This document shows positions 50,826 to 64,000 of a DNA stretch of 64,000 bases, piece after piece. The translations under genes were made by a program, and so were the position numbers. This DNA is from Marsupella aquatica. Its lineage: Eukaryota; Plantae; Marchantiophyta. The notes beneath the pieces were generated by a model, which worked only from the letters and a program-made list of their open reading frames with translations, searched no databases and was not told the origin of the DNA. Where the stretch lies: the NCBI GenBank assembly GCA_973895155.1, contig OZ316893.1, forward strand, positions 5,842,171 to 5,906,170, in the 5' to 3' direction. How positions within the stretch are numbered: the stretch's first letter is position 1; the number at the start of each line of letters is the position of its first letter.

Positions 50826-53800
50826 TCATGTCATAAAAGTTATAATAGCAGGATCAATATCCTTTGGGGTCTCCCGAGGAAGGCATGGGTAAGGGAGGCG
50901 GTCAGCCAAATATTTGGCCATTTTCATGTAATTTGGTGTTGTTCTCGACTTGTGTTCGGCCAATAGACTCGACTTAGATGCCTGAGAAGTAACGGACGTC
51001 ATGTCGACAGGAGTAGAGCAGATGAAAGGAGCGGGACAATGAAATTGGGGGCTTTTGCTGCATGTCAACGGGTTCTCTTCACCAAAAATCGTCTTCTCTG
51101 CGTCTGCGATCGTTTCTTGGATTTGTGGGTCGGCTTCCTTGAAGATCCAGTCACCTGTCCTCCAATTCAAGTCGTAAAGCTGAAGAAACCTTGCACCATA
51201 CTCGGCAATGAACTCTATTGCAGACAAAATGAAGTCAAAATCGCTCTGCTAAATATAGTATCCGAAGCTTATTCTTGCCCATCCAGGCTTCACAGCCGCG
51301 TAACCCTACAAAGTAAGTTCACACGGAGACGGTCATTATTACCAAAACGAATGACAATTTGTCTGAAATGTTCTATCGGATCCAAAAGCAATTTCAAGTG
51401 TTGTTGCAATGAAAAATCCCACTGACTTAAAATCCAATGAGAGAAACAATATCCAGCGGGAGGGAAGCTCAGAGAGAGAGACACAGGCAGTGTGCACAGT
51501 TTCTTTTTACCTCGATAGGTCAAGGCCAACCAAGGTATAAAGTTCCCGCCTGCCTTAGACTTAAGGAAAAAACTATAAATTTTTATAAACATTCGAGTTC
51601 GAGGGGTCCAAATTATTTACATGCCAAGCCCTCTTACCTGTTGTATTCCTTCACGGAATGCAAGTGACTGTTCTGTGTCGACACTCAGTAGATTATGCCC
51701 GTACGTCGCTGCACAGGAGCATCCACCTCTTGCTTGAATGCCGAACAGATCGCTCAAAAGCTTGACAATAAACCGCCCGTTCAATGGTTTGCCTTGAGGT
51801 TTTTTCAATGCAACGGCAGTCCCTTCTTTCGGATCCTTGGTCTCCATATACAGTTGCAGTCGCAATGGACATTGTGCGGCCCCAACGACGAATTTCTGGA
51901 GCACGTTCATGGCAAAGACGCTGGTGTCCTTTTCCGTTGAGATTGGCTTCTCGGGGGAGCTTTCTCTAGAGATCCTCTGTTTCCTAAGTTGCAGTTGCGG
52001 ATGGTCCAGCGACGAACCACTGTTGAAGATCCTCTCTGGCAAACTGGCTGCACTTGAACCACTGCACGGTTAGAGTATGGCTTCAACGTCTATGTTAAAA
52101 TATAATCTATGCAGTCAAGTGTGACACAAGCTAAGTCGAAGTAGTGAAGAGTCATGATCTCCTACCTTCATAATCTTTCTTGACATTCTGGGATCCGACT
52201 TTACTTGGAAATTCTAGACGTGGACTAATACCAAAAGAAAGGATGGCGACGCGCTTCACCATTGTCGGGCCGTAGATATCAATATTGGGATTGGCTCCGA
52301 GCCTCGACATTGCCTTCTCAATGAAGAAAGACTCGTGAGAAGAGATGAGCTCCGAAGTTAGAAACTCCTTGACCCAGAAAACCAACGCTGTTCTTATTTT
52401 CTGGATAATAGGTGGGGTTCCAGCATCCTCCCGGTGCTCAATTCCGTCATAATATATGGTATTCTGAAATCAACCCGTACAGGCAGCATATCAATGTGGT
52501 TCTCTTGAAATCCAACTAGACGAACCAAAATGACGCAAATTTACAGTTTCGATATCAAGTTTATCTAACTAGGTATATAACTACTAGCGTTTTGAGAGAA
52601 GGTGCAGTAGTGCTCTACAACAACCGTTTACTGGTCGAAGAGTTGTCATAGATTGTGCTTAGTACGTACGTGTGCACATCTACTAAGCAAAATTTGCGGG
52701 GGTGGAGACTGAGGAACAACGTGGACCCGCCCACCTCTTCATCGAAGTTCACGAAGTCCACCGTGCCACCGCCACAAGTTGAAGGTGGGTGACCTTTTAA
52801 GAGATATAGATCTTTCCTCATCAGAAGAAGGCCAGGAGTACCAGGTCCCCCCATGAATTTGTGAGGGCTTACAAAAATTGCATCGTATCCGTCCAGCTTC
52901 CCTGACCGCATATCAATCTTCACGTATGGAGCACTGCGTTTCATGTCAAAACAAACCATTCAAGAGCACAACAAATTCACGGTATAGTTACTTACGTCCA
53001 GTGATCAGTGAGAGGAGTTCCCTAGCCCCCAGCTCCGCAGTTGGGGCATCCACCTCCTTGATTGACACCTGTATATGTCACTTGATCTTCGGTGTAGGGT
53101 ACTTACCAGGCTGCAAAGTCGAAGCAAGCGTACGCTCCATGGGCATGTAAGAGCTGGGCGATCTCACGAGTACCAGAAAGAATACCGGTGACGTTGCTGC
53201 CTGCAGAGAAGGAACCCAGCTTCGGACGACCTTTGTAAAGTGGATTCTCCAGAGCTGCTTTCAAGCTCGAAATGTCTACGAGCCCCTTCTCACTCAATCG
53301 GATCTCGACAACCTATTCGAAAGTAGCAAATCGTTAGTTTGCTTGAGAGTTTCAAAACGAAACCCAGTTCTAAAGTGCATTATCTCGCATCATATATACA
53401 AGTGTAAACTTTAGCTTCCTGTGATGTGAGAAGCCTAGGTCAAAATGTCCTGAACATACCTCTGCCAGACTTTGACGCCATGAGAGAAGATTAGAGTGAT
53501 GCTCATAGGGCCCGACGAAAACGACCCACCGATGCTCGTTCGCCAGAACAGCACGAATTGGTTCCCTCAATATTGAAGACACAGCGATCCCCATCACTTC
53601 CTGGAGTTTTTTTATTGCTGCTGTAGATCCGGAGCCACAAAATAGAAGGGCATCGTCTTCTGTACCACCCAGACATGACTTCACGTACTTTAGAGCTTCT
53701 TCCATGATGTTCCCAGTCATGCTTCCGACATAACTATCATCTGTATGAGTGTTTCCTGCATTCAAACGGATGCATAATAACTCATTTTTACATGATGCAA

Positions 53801-54380
53801 CTCTGACTGCATCCCTTTCCACAATTCCCACCCACAGTTGCACTAAGAACTAATTTTGGAGAAAATACCAGTGAATGCTCAACTAGATCAGACCAATCTA
53901 CCCGTGTCTCATTCACAGCTGGCCACTACATGCCTACTTCAGCTGAAATAGACAGTCTAAGCCACCTCAGCCATGAATTGTCCCACAGTAGTTATTTTAC
54001 CGACGGATCTGGGATTCCTTGCATATACCATCTATCGGCCATCCACATTTAATGTGTCTTATATCGTCATGACTAAATACCAAAGACTTTGTCTCTCGAG
54101 ATATCCAGGAGCAATTAAAATACATGAATCGTATCACTGGACATTAAGTACCGTAGACAGGAAGCACCATCTCCATGATGAAGTTTTCAATGAACTGGAG
54201 GCTTCGACCGGATGCGGTGTGATCAGCGTACGTCAACAATCTTGTACCGAACGGAGTCCCGAACTCAACGTACTCTCCAATGACCTGTGAGCGTACCCAA
54301 TCAAGCTTGTCCGCAAAACTACTCATAGCTATGTTGTCTTTCGCAAGATAGCGATCGGGCAGAGTCGGAAACAAGTCCAT
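50826..54380 (-). CDS. Aminotransferase class V / cysteine-desulfurase-like PLP enzyme, 7 exons, one in-frame TAG in the last exon
   Basis: Predicted exons with GT-AG junctions: 54380-54152, 53755-53460, 53312-53107, 52933-52735, 52463-52166, 52047-51638, 51305-50826. Motifs YADHTASGR, YGNTHT, GPYEHHSN, SAGSNVTG, FDFAA, SPHKFMGGPG (PLP lysine), EDAGTP, GIQARGGCSCA, KPGWARIS. The start codon and the exon-6 acceptor are less certain. Confidence 0.88.
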
Positions 54381-57300
54381 CTGGAGTGAATTGATTTCCA
54401 CGATGCCCGGCTACATTAATAGCTGATCTCGCTGAGCAGTAAGCATAACACTTGGTACCGTAGACAAATCACTCTACTTCTTGTGCGATGGCATTATCAA
54501 GAGGCGGAATGGTGATCTCAACCTCTTGAACTTCTCACATCAAGCAGCTCCCAATTCAAGCTCTTCGTATCGATCGAAGCTGAACAATAGTGCTCGCCCT
54601 GGCTTTTGATAACACAACACAACAATTCTCGCGGAGAGTCGCTTTCAAGCGTTGAATTTCAATCAATCGACCTTTTTCGTGAGCACAGTAAAGCACTTGC
54701 ACGCAACACCTGAATGCCATATAGCAAAGCGGTGTAGACTGTCGACGTTCTTGCGGTCACGGTTGAATTATATGGCTAGACCCGTACAGAACAGAACGGA
54801 ACCTGGGTTCGAGACACTAAAACATGTTTGGCCATTTTTTCCCATGGGAGTTTGGCATTTTTTCCCATTTTCTTGTAATGTCAACCCATTATTCAATTAA
54901 TCCGTGGACCCCCATGTTCATCCAACGAATGTGTGTGATAAAGTGAAATCAATTTTCTACAGGGCGGTAACCGATGGTTTTGAGTCTCCTAGTGATCTTG
55001 GTGTATGCTCGTACCAAAGAGAACGCTCGAAAAGATAGAGGAGATCAATCTGGTTGAGATGATCTCTTTGGTTCATCAAACCAAAGGTCGAATGTGTAAG
55101 AAGTTTTTGGATGATTTTTGCTCAAACATTGGAGAAATCGTGTTTCTATCATTCCTGATTGATTGTGAGTTACATTGAGAATTATTGCCACAAGACAGAC
55201 CGGAGAACATCACTCAACTGTTTGCGAAAGGTTGCTTGTCATTTTGGTGGGGAGAACGCACAAAACGGACGAGCCATCACTTCACATACAGGTTTGTAGT
55301 TATTTTGATTTAAGAAAGTTATTGTGTGAAGGGGAGACCAACGATTGTTTCTTTGACACAGAGGCTACAGTTGGCATCAGCCTGTGTTCAGAGTGAGCTT
55401 TGTTGAAGCCTGGAGGGACGCGAACAATTCAAATCAGGAAGCAAACATTGCGGACAAGCAATGACAACGTAATTAAAGAAATCAATTTGCAATGGCTAAG
55501 TTTGTGATGGTGACAGGATTGTGATGTCTCTTAATAGAGAAAAGGTTTCCAATGAGCCTCGGATTGACAATTTTGTCAAGTTCCAAATGAGTTTTTGAAT
55601 TTCTTTGTCTATCCAATGAGTATGACAATAAGAAATTTTGATCATGAGTTCATGAATTCTTTTAGCTTTTCAACATTGAGTCCGACATTGACAAATTTCA
55701 TATGAGATTTTGTCACGGTACTAAAAAGATCATGAGGTTTTCAATCTCTCTAGTTTTCTAATGTGTGACATTGGAAGTATTCGTCAAGAATTAAAGAGAT
55801 CATAAGTATGTGAATTTCTCTAGCTTTCCAATGAACTTAACATTGATAGATTTTGTCAAGTACTAATGAGATGATGATTTTTTAATTTTGCTCTAGCTTA
55901 GTTTCCAATGAATGTGATTTTGAGAGATTTAAAAATAGTTTTAAAATACAAGCATTTTGATGTAAAACACTGATATATCATTGACAAACATTAGAATGGT
56001 AACTTTATTTTACTAAATGACATCTCTTCCTTTCTATTCAATTTTTTTTTATATTCAATATTTACGGCATGGCGCCCCAAAAATTACATATCTTTTGCCA
56101 CAAACATGAATGTGCCATTTTGTTACTGCCATAATTAAGATCTTTCCTGTTTGTGGTTGGTTGTGCTGATGTGGTGCAACCTCATGGTAGGGAATTTGCA
56201 AGGGACTTCTAATGGGGGTCCGTAATTATCCAAAGTCTGATTTTACCAGTATTGAATATTTTTTATTTTTAGGTAATTTGATATTCTCTTTCACATTATT
56301 TAAAAAACTTATATTCATTTCCAATAGAAATGCTATCGAAAATACTTTCACATAATAAAAAATTAGATTTTCATTAACAATGAAGAGTGATTGTTGCAAT
56401 CAAGACAACTATGATGCAAACTAGCTGGGTAGTATCCATTATATAACAATTGGTGAAATATTTGTGAAACTCCTATATGGTGAATTCACTTTCCAGTATT
56501 TTGTCTTATTAAAACTTCTTTTCTTATGTATTTTTAGTTCAATGTGTCTTACCAAGGTGCATACCTTATATAGTTTAGAATTTGGATTTATTCTGGCACC
56601 CCTCTAAATGTTTTAGTATATCATCCACCCTTTAACAAAGCTCAAGTAATTTCTAGCTCTTATTCTCATGACTCAAGAATAAATTATTTAAATAAACTGC
56701 ACTCCTTGTGTTTTTAAGTTATACTCATGGTTTTGTTTCCTAAATTCATGATTTTAATTAATTAGAGTGTCATTGTTTAAGGTAAGTACACAAGTATCTC
56801 TACTGGTGTATAATATGTGCACAGCCCAATACCAGAGACTTAAACTTTTCCTATTCATTATTATTTTTCTTTACATGTATACTTGTGATCCTGGACTGTG
56901 AGTCTTCCTAGTCAATGTACTGTTTTATATTTGCCACAAAAAAATTAATGGCAGGTAATTAAAAACATTTAGCATTGTTTCACTAAAAAACAAAAACAAA
57001 AGTTCCAAGATGAACATGCTATATGATGCGGGGTAATATCCATCATGCAACAATTGGATATCAAGTGGACCATACTAAGAATCTAAGGTAAAATATGTAA
57101 TTTTTGGAAAACAAAAATGCTACAATCATTATTTGGTGTAGATCTTAGAAATTATCTACAGTAGTTACGAGTTCAATCCCCTTGCGCCTGCACAGAAGAT
57201 TTCATTGCATGATTTCATTGCATTAAAGAAGTCATTAAGTAAAATATGTGATTGCTCAAAAAACATAGTCAGGTAAAACATGTTTTTGTGCAAAAATTGC

Positions 57301-57816
57301 CATTAAATAAAATATACGGTTGCTCAAAAATTATAGTTAAGTAAAACATGTAGCTGTCCAAAAGATATAGTTTACTAAATTAAAATATCATTTGGTGGAA
57401 GATGTCAATGCATAATAGATGACGTTGTGCTAATCAAAGATGTGACTCAAAAAATATCATGGTGCAAAAGATATATTGACTGAAATAAATTGTTTAATAT
57501 TAAATATAAGATCTCAGTGTGTAAAGTATGTGGTCTATTAAAAGATATCATGAAGCAAAAGAGAGTCAACAATGACCACCAAAGTACAACAAAGTGAGAA
57601 TGGTTTTTCTGGTGTTTGATCATTTTTCTTTTTTGGTTCCTTTGAAACACCAACAACCCCCCCCCCCCCCCACACCACCATCTTTTTCTCTCCTTTTTAC
57701 TAGTTTTTGGTCTTCTTAGGGTTTTTCTTTTCCCTCCCTTTATGGTTCTTTTGCCTTTGGGACCATATCTCCCTTTTGGCGTTCCTGTCTTTTTGGCTGT
57801 CTTTTGGCAGTGTGGT

Positions 57817-57913
57817 ATAACAGTTCTTTCATCCATGACATTGTGCACAATAACAGTTATTTCATCGATGACATTGTGCACAATAACAGTTCTTTCATCG
57901 ATGACATTGTGCA
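57817..57913. repeat. 33-bp tandem repeat x3
   Basis: Units of ATAACAGTTCTTTCATCGATGACATTGTGCACA. Confidence 0.9.
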
Positions 57914-58112
57914 CTGTCTACATTATTCACTACTATTTTATTTTATTTTATTTTTGACTATTGAATATTAAATATTTGCAATCAAACTTCTGTTATGAGT
58001 ACTGTCATCATACCTATGGAGTATCTAACACTTCCTATCAAAGGACTTAGTAGGGCCCCTCTGACATCTCATGGACTTAACAGGATTGCAAGATGCCATC
58101 GGGACTTAATCC

Positions 58113-58360
58113 CGGGGTCCTCACTTCTTTTCTTCCGACCGAGCATGCACGAATAAATATAGGGTTTTTTTATTGGGTTTTTACTGAAATACTTATAAAT
58201 TTTTGTTGAAAAAATTAGGATTATTTTAATCCAATTTTGAGAATTATAAGAATCATAGTGTTTTTAAATCAAATTTTGAAATATTTTTAGAATATTTCAT
58301 TAAGTTAGGGATAAAAAAATTCTAAAAAACTTTATTTCAGACTTAAGTTTTAGGGTATTT
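58113..58360. repeat. Dispersed AT-rich repeat (MITE-like), copy 2
   Basis: Similar to 26570-26815. Confidence 0.45.
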
Positions 58361-61018
58361 ATTCCCCAAACTTTGCAGGTGATATGAGACACCTCTTGGA
58401 TTGAGGCTATCGAGGTTCATGGTACTGTTTGAAACTGACCATGGTAAGGGGAAGACTTAGTTCAAGAAACTATTTTTCTTCTTGCTTGGAAAACTGTGCA
58501 CAACAAATATAATTCCTTTTTTGGTTTCTTACTTCCAATTTTTACTGTTTTCATTATTTTCTCCCAAATCAGCACGGCAACTTTGAATGATGACCACTGT
58601 CTACAATTGTGCTAAGCATATAATTTGACCATTAAGAGTCATAGAGAGAATTTAACCTAATTACTATCTTTGTGAGCAGCAGTGCCTTGTCTCTTTTGGT
58701 CAGCACAAAACAGCATAGAGTACAGTACATTACTTATGTGAATGTGTATCAAACTACAATCACAATAGACTATATCTGTTCATCCTTCCGGTGAGTAATG
58801 GACAACTCACAGAGTAAAACTTTGCAGAACTGTCACACAATAGGCAAGCCTCAACGCCAGAAGTAATCCCACAATGAATAAAAAGTGGTGATGGCCCCCA
58901 CTTCTTGTCAGTGGGACCATTCTAACTGTCCAAGACAAGAAGTCAGTGGGACAATTAGAATCTGGGACAGCAAAATTGATAGAGTATCACACAATGAGTA
59001 TCACACCCTGTCCTCCCCAACACCACCACCCCCCCCCCCCCCCCCCCCCTTTCCCAACGTGCCTTGTTTGCTTAGGTGAATAGGTTTGTAAAATTGCCCA
59101 GGTCTCCAACCTGCCTCCTTTGCCCGGGTCAATGGTAGACCTACCCTCCAAAAGGAGCCGTGCCTGCCTACTGGAGGTGGACCTGTAAAAGGAGCTTTTG
59201 GCTCCAACATGCGTAACTTGCCTAGGTGAATGATAGACCTAGTACCCTTAAGAGCGCCCATTCACTTCAATCATAGGACCCTTTGACCTGATTTTGGGTC
59301 CTTTCACCCAGAAAATATGAATTGTTTATAGGTGGGGCTTTTTGTATTTTTGGAGACATCTATGTTTTGAGCTGTAAAATGATATTCCCCACGGTCCCAA
59401 AAATTTCTCAAAAACCAACGAGGCCCAACAAGTCAGGGAGTAACCCAGGAAAACCAAAACACTTAGAAGCAAACAACAAACAAAAAACCTTATTGGGCAC
59501 TAAACTGAAAAGCCTGGTAGGGCTCTAGAGTAAACCGCCTAGGAGGGTCACTGAGGGGAATCTACCTAGAGACCCTAAAACCTACTGCCTCAGCCCTACG
59601 AAAAAGAGTGAAAGCCTGGGGCCTCTGAAGTGCCACTTGATCAGATTACAAAAAATTCAAATTGAATTGAGACTTAGTCCGGTCTTTGCGCCCCCATCCT
59701 TTGAAAAGCAACTACCCTGTGGAATCAATCTGAGATACAGAATGTTCTAGGTGATCAAAAAATAGATAAATTTGGGTCTTTTAGCGTTGGGAATTGAGCA
59801 TTTATTTGGTTCATATGATGATTTTGTTAAGAATCTAAGCTTTGTCTTTGTTATACATATATTACTTTACATACCAAAGTCGTGTTGCATGTAGCATCTC
59901 TTCCGTCATTATATCCTAACTTTGAGTCACATTGACTAAGCTTTTTCTATTTTAATGTTTTCATACTTCATTCCGCTACTCCACTCTCCGATCCGACAGA
60001 AGCTCATTGTTCTTGACCTTAACAAGATTTGTTGGGATTGTGTGAAGACCAAAAGCTCGGGACCGTTGACGAAGCCCACAAGTTTACGTGGCATGCACGT
60101 ACTGGCGGAGACGTGGAGAGTTTATTTTCATGTATGTGGAACAACCATATCTCCATGAATTTATGTATGGCAGTCGCAGAACTTGACTACCTTAACACTT
60201 AGCTCCGGCGTCGCTAACTTCGACGTCGAGCTCCCTTATGGTCCAGGCCCAAATAGGTCATTCAAAGAGGACTTAGGATGGGGAGACTTGTGGGCAATGA
60301 GGCGTGGCACTAGCGAAGGCAAGGCACCAAGCTGGTGACACACACTAAGGACTTAGACTAGATGAGTGCTAGTTGGGTCAAGGGCAAAAGGGTCGGGCTC
60401 AAGGTCAACCGTCCGCACCCCCAAAATGACTTTGAGTTATGAGGGCTTGAGTGAGAGCTCCTCTTGGGCCCAAGGCCAGTGGAGTTGATGCCATGGGCAA
60501 CGAACGCTTGGGGCGCGAGTTATGGCCCGATCCGGGTTTGGCCGATTGGGGGCCCCAAGAGGCAATGAGATCTGAGGGCCTAGCCATGAGCACTAGGTTG
60601 GCCCGATCATAACGGGCTAAGGTACTCTGCTTGCGGACGCCTAATGAGAAAGCCCTGGGCCCTCACTCCGTGTAAAAGAAATGGACCCACTAGTACATAT
60701 TAAGCTGATTTCCGATGCTCAATTTTTGCGAACAATCGGCGTCCGATTCTTTTAGCATCGGAAATTCCGATTATCAAAAAATGGCAATATGCCATACTCT
60801 CGGCTTCGGATATCTTCATTTCCGATATAATTGACAACGGAACCTTTCCGATGCGTTAAAAAACGGATCATATCCGTTAGAAAACACATCGGATCCCTCA
60901 ACAGAAACTTTGATTGATATGTCCGATGTTTTTTGTAACGAAAATGATGTGCGTTACAATATTCATCGGAAACTTTCCGTAGTTAATAATAACGGATATT
61001 ATATCCGATTGTGCTAAC

Positions 61019-61200
61019 ATGGCAAAGTCCGATGTTAGGAGAATGGGAAAGTCCGATGCTGGGAGTATGGGAAAGTCCGATGCTAGAAGAATGGGAAAGT
61101 CCGATGCTGGAAGAATGGGAAAGTCCGATGCTGGGAGTATGGGAAAGTCCGATGCTAGAAGAATGGGAAAGTCCGATGCTGGGAGTATGGGAAAGTCTGG
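61019..61200 (+). repeat. 24-bp tandem array (~7.5 units) in the CACTA left arm
   Basis: Units of ATGGGAAAGTCCGATGCT(G/A)G(G/A)AG(T/A). Confidence 0.95.
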
Positions 61201-62046
61201 TTATGACAAAAAGAAAATTTTTGATTGTGTTAGAATGAAAAGTTTTGATGTGTTAGATGGGGTATGTGGTTGCACCGACATACTCTTCCCAAAAGATGCA
61301 ATCATTCTTGCATGCATGAATAACTTCATACTTGAGGCAAATGGACTTGAGTGTTGTTTTTGCCTCATTCCAAGACCCAACATATTTTTCCCTTACGGAA
61401 ATATGTGCTCAACATGCCAAGTCCAAAATACATCATCTAGAAGGAGGTTGCTTGTCCCATGTAGTCTTTGTTGCAAGTCCAACAACAACATAGTTGATAA
61501 AAGATGAGACAATCAGGAGCCATTGACGCTGAGGCTTTGGAAGGACCAAAATATCATCCATAACTAATAAGCCATAATTATCCCATATCAAATCTAATGA
61601 AGGAGGGCTTTACTATCGATGAATGACCCCTGCCAGATTTCTATTGGTTTCTCCTAGGGGAATGTAATAGGGTAACTAGAATAGGTCACTTGATGCAAAG
61701 ATCTAATCTCATGATAGAGAAAAATGGATCAAGAATGGGTCCAAATTATGGGTCTTAGTAAACTCACAAGTGTATAAAATCCCCAAACACTCTAAGTCAA
61801 ACAACAAAAGTGCTAAGCTTGCATGTACAATGTAAGGAATAAGAACCACAAAGTTAAGCTCATGTTGGAGGAATAGCAATTGGGATGGGTGACCAATTAG
61901 TTGAGAAAATTTGAAGAGTTCACATGTCAAGGGAGATGGGCACCTAGCTCATAGTTCCAAATGAAAGTAGAAACCCAATTAAAGGAAGAGATGGGTGACC
62001 TGAGCATGTCGCGTCCGCTGAAATGCATATCCCATTTTGATTGCTT

Positions 62047-62178
62047 CGGACTTTCCCATTCTCCTAGCATCGGACTTTCCCATTCTCTCACCATCGGACT
62101 TTCCCATTCTCCTAGCATCGGACTTTCCAATTCTCCCACCATCGGACTTTCCCATTCTCCCACCATCGGACTTTCCGA
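62047..62178 (-). repeat. 24-bp tandem array (~5.5 units), inverted relative to 61019-61200
   Basis: Units of TCGGACTTTCCCATTCTCCTAGCA / TCGGACTTTCCCATTCTCCCACCA. Confidence 0.95.
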
Positions 62179-63727
62179 TAGAAGTCCGATTGTCGATATC
62201 CGATACTATTAAAATGGCATGTTGCGATGCTAGTAGTATCGGATATATGGTTTTTCAAATTTTATTTTACAAAGGCGTCCGATGTGGAGAGAATCGGAAA
62301 AAGGAGGTAAAATGTACTAGTGACCCCCCTACGATCGGGCCCTTTTCCTGTTTACCCCTTGTCATTTCCATTTTACTATTAAAAGTTCCGTTATAATTAC
62401 CGGTAATAATTATAATTATTAGTTAAAAATGAATAAAAATTACCCTTCGAGAGTTCGCACGTCCTCCACGTATTAGTTAAGACTGAGGGCCCAGGGCGAG
62501 AAAGTTATGGGCGTTGCCAGTTGGTGGCGCACCTAGACATGTGGGATAGGATCCGGGTTGTGGCCCAAAAAGTTGAGGACCAAAGGTGGTCTGGGGGTGG
62601 CAGGTCTCCAGAAGCATATATGAGGGGAGTGGTGTCTCCCTGGGGGCTAAGGGCGGTTGCGCCACTAACTAAGAGAAAACTTCAAACGGAAACGGTGATA
62701 ACTTCCCAATAAGAAGTCTTGGGTGCATTGGAAAGCTCTCAAGAAGGAATATAATATTCTCCTGATCTCAGCTGGGTCTAAGGGCGTCATAGGTTCTTGA
62801 GGTTTGCGGCACGGTGTTATCACGCCCGCTTGCCAAATCCTGCCGAAACAGCAGCCAAGTCGCGTTCAGTCTCTCAAGGGAGCTTGCGTTGGGGAGGCAA
62901 GGCCAAGTAGGCATGGAGGTTGAGTTCCAAGGGCACTTGGCCCCTAGACCATCAGCGGGGTGAGAACCGGGAGTTGGTTGCTAGAGTCGGGGTCATTCTG
63001 GTCCCAACGTGTCGGGATAAGCTTTAGGACAAGCTACGCTATTTGGGCCATGAGCATGTCCTAGGGGTAGGGAGGTTAGTTGGTGATGGATAGGTACAAG
63101 GGGGAACCCAGGCTGCGCCCAAGGAAGGAGTTATTCTGGACAAATAGTGGGTGTGGGTTCTGGTTCCGGCTTATGGCATCGGGAGGACCTATCGCTGACC
63201 TATTTACTAATGTCTGTTGATCGAGCTTGACTTAGGATTCTAAATTTGGGGAGATCTAGATCCTGGAGGGTTACTTACCGAGATGCTTGGTTGCTTTTTG
63301 TGGTGCGTCCCATGGCTCCCCAAACCCAAGAAACCCCCTCGCACAAGCCGATTCCCGCAGGTTTTGTCCTCGGCGAGGCCATTTCCGCGGCTTAGCGGCA
63401 TGGGACGCTGCTAACCTCTCCTTCTCCTACTATTAACATTTTACACACATATACTGGACAGATCCTTCATCGGGTCATGAGATACTTAGCCGGCCTATTC
63501 TAGGCCTTCCCTTGTATTCCTCTCCTGGTCTTCCATTAGGTATGTTTGGATTCCGCCGCCGGAATGATCCCCAATTGGCTTGGTTAAGCCACTAAGACCT
63601 CTCTCAGCTCGACACATCCAATTCTCACTCCCTTGCTACTTCCCTTCATTGATGTGGGCACTCTTCACACAAGTTAATGCGACACACAAATAGCAAAATG
63701 ACTCCTTCTGACTGAGTTATACCATGC

Positions 63728-64000
63728 TATTAAACGCCTACTTTGACCTTGCGATTAATGGCCGTTTAACTACCTTCTCCTCAGTAATCTCGTTTAAACG
63801 ATTAACCGACCTTCGAGAGGCGGCACTCCGTCTATCTCGACACAGTCCCCGTAAGTGAATCCGACCAAGTGCTCTTGAATGTCGAGTTCCGTCTTCCACT
63901 TCTTAGGCACTTCAGCCTCGGCCAACACTAACCCCTCTCTATACACAATCTCAATGAACCCACACCACTCGCGGTAAGTGATCAAGCAAATCAGAACGTT
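63728..64000 (-). mobile_element. Terminal part of a second, diverged copy of the TG...CA ORF-bearing element (runs off the window)
   Basis: Its reverse complement aligns with ~37460-37729, including the terminus (...GGCGTTTAATA vs ...GGCGTTTAACA). Confidence 0.85.
63794..64000 (-). CDS. Homolog of ORF2 (37343-37663), 5' end outside the window
   Basis: ICLITYREWCGFIEIVYREGLVLAEAEVPKKWKTELDIQEHLVGFTYGDCVEIDGVPPLEGRLIV*. Confidence 0.7.
   Translation of the reverse strand, partial: NVLICLITYREWCGFIEIVYREGLVLAEAEVPKKWKTELDIQEHLVGFTYGDCVEIDGVPPLEGRLIV

Larger units (their letters stand above)
60688..62322. mobile_element. Non-autonomous CACTA (En/Spm) element
   Basis: TIR CACTAGTACAT / ATGTACTAGTG; 3-bp TSD ACC at 60685-60687 and 62323-62325; subterminal TCCGAT/ATCGGA repeats; no transposase. 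Confidence 0.95.

Noticed and set aside
57447-57957. 155-aa ORF
   Set aside because: Made of a 33-bp tandem repeat, low-complexity T-rich sequence and a poly-C run.
61019-61200. 24-bp repeats as a CRISPR array or repeat protein (ORFs 61011-61238, 61019-61507, 61927-62166)
   Set aside because: Head-to-tail units without unique spacers, inside a CACTA element. The ORFs are by-products of a unit length divisible by 3.
62326-63720. GC-rich segment (with 60180-60687) as an LTR element
   Set aside because: Looks TE-derived, but no termini, TSD, PBS or coding motifs could be fixed.

Overview
Eukaryotic, TE-rich land-plant nuclear DNA. A bryophyte (possibly liverwort) origin is inferred from the gene and TE style and is not proven. 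Host genes: a 7-exon aminotransferase class V / cysteine-desulfurase-like gene on the minus strand (~50826-54380) with one in-frame TAG in its last exon, and two intronless ORFs of weakly recognisable plant families (3404-4054 +, 8903-10486 -). Mobile DNA: (i) a truncated L1-type LINE; (ii) a Tnt1/Tork-like Ty1/copia element (27205-34056, TSD GAGAG) carrying two MITE insertions; (iii) a Bianca-type Ty1/copia element (35662-50225, TSD ATGTG, half-tRNA-Ile PBS) carrying three nested insertions; (iv) a non-autonomous CACTA (60688-62322). The most unusual signal is a 1989-bp TG...CA element with a 5-bp TSD (35741-37729, solo-LTR-like). It encodes an RPA1-C-like OB-fold ORF and a second ORF of unknown function. 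A diverged copy of the second ORF at the window end (63728-64000) differs mostly at synonymous sites, which suggests protein-coding genes maintained inside an LTR-like unit. Also notable are two unrelated TIR elements sharing AACA...TGTT ends, 4-bp TSDs and dispersed internal palindromes, plus a miRNA-like hairpin at 13970-14033. All alignments and counts were done by eye.
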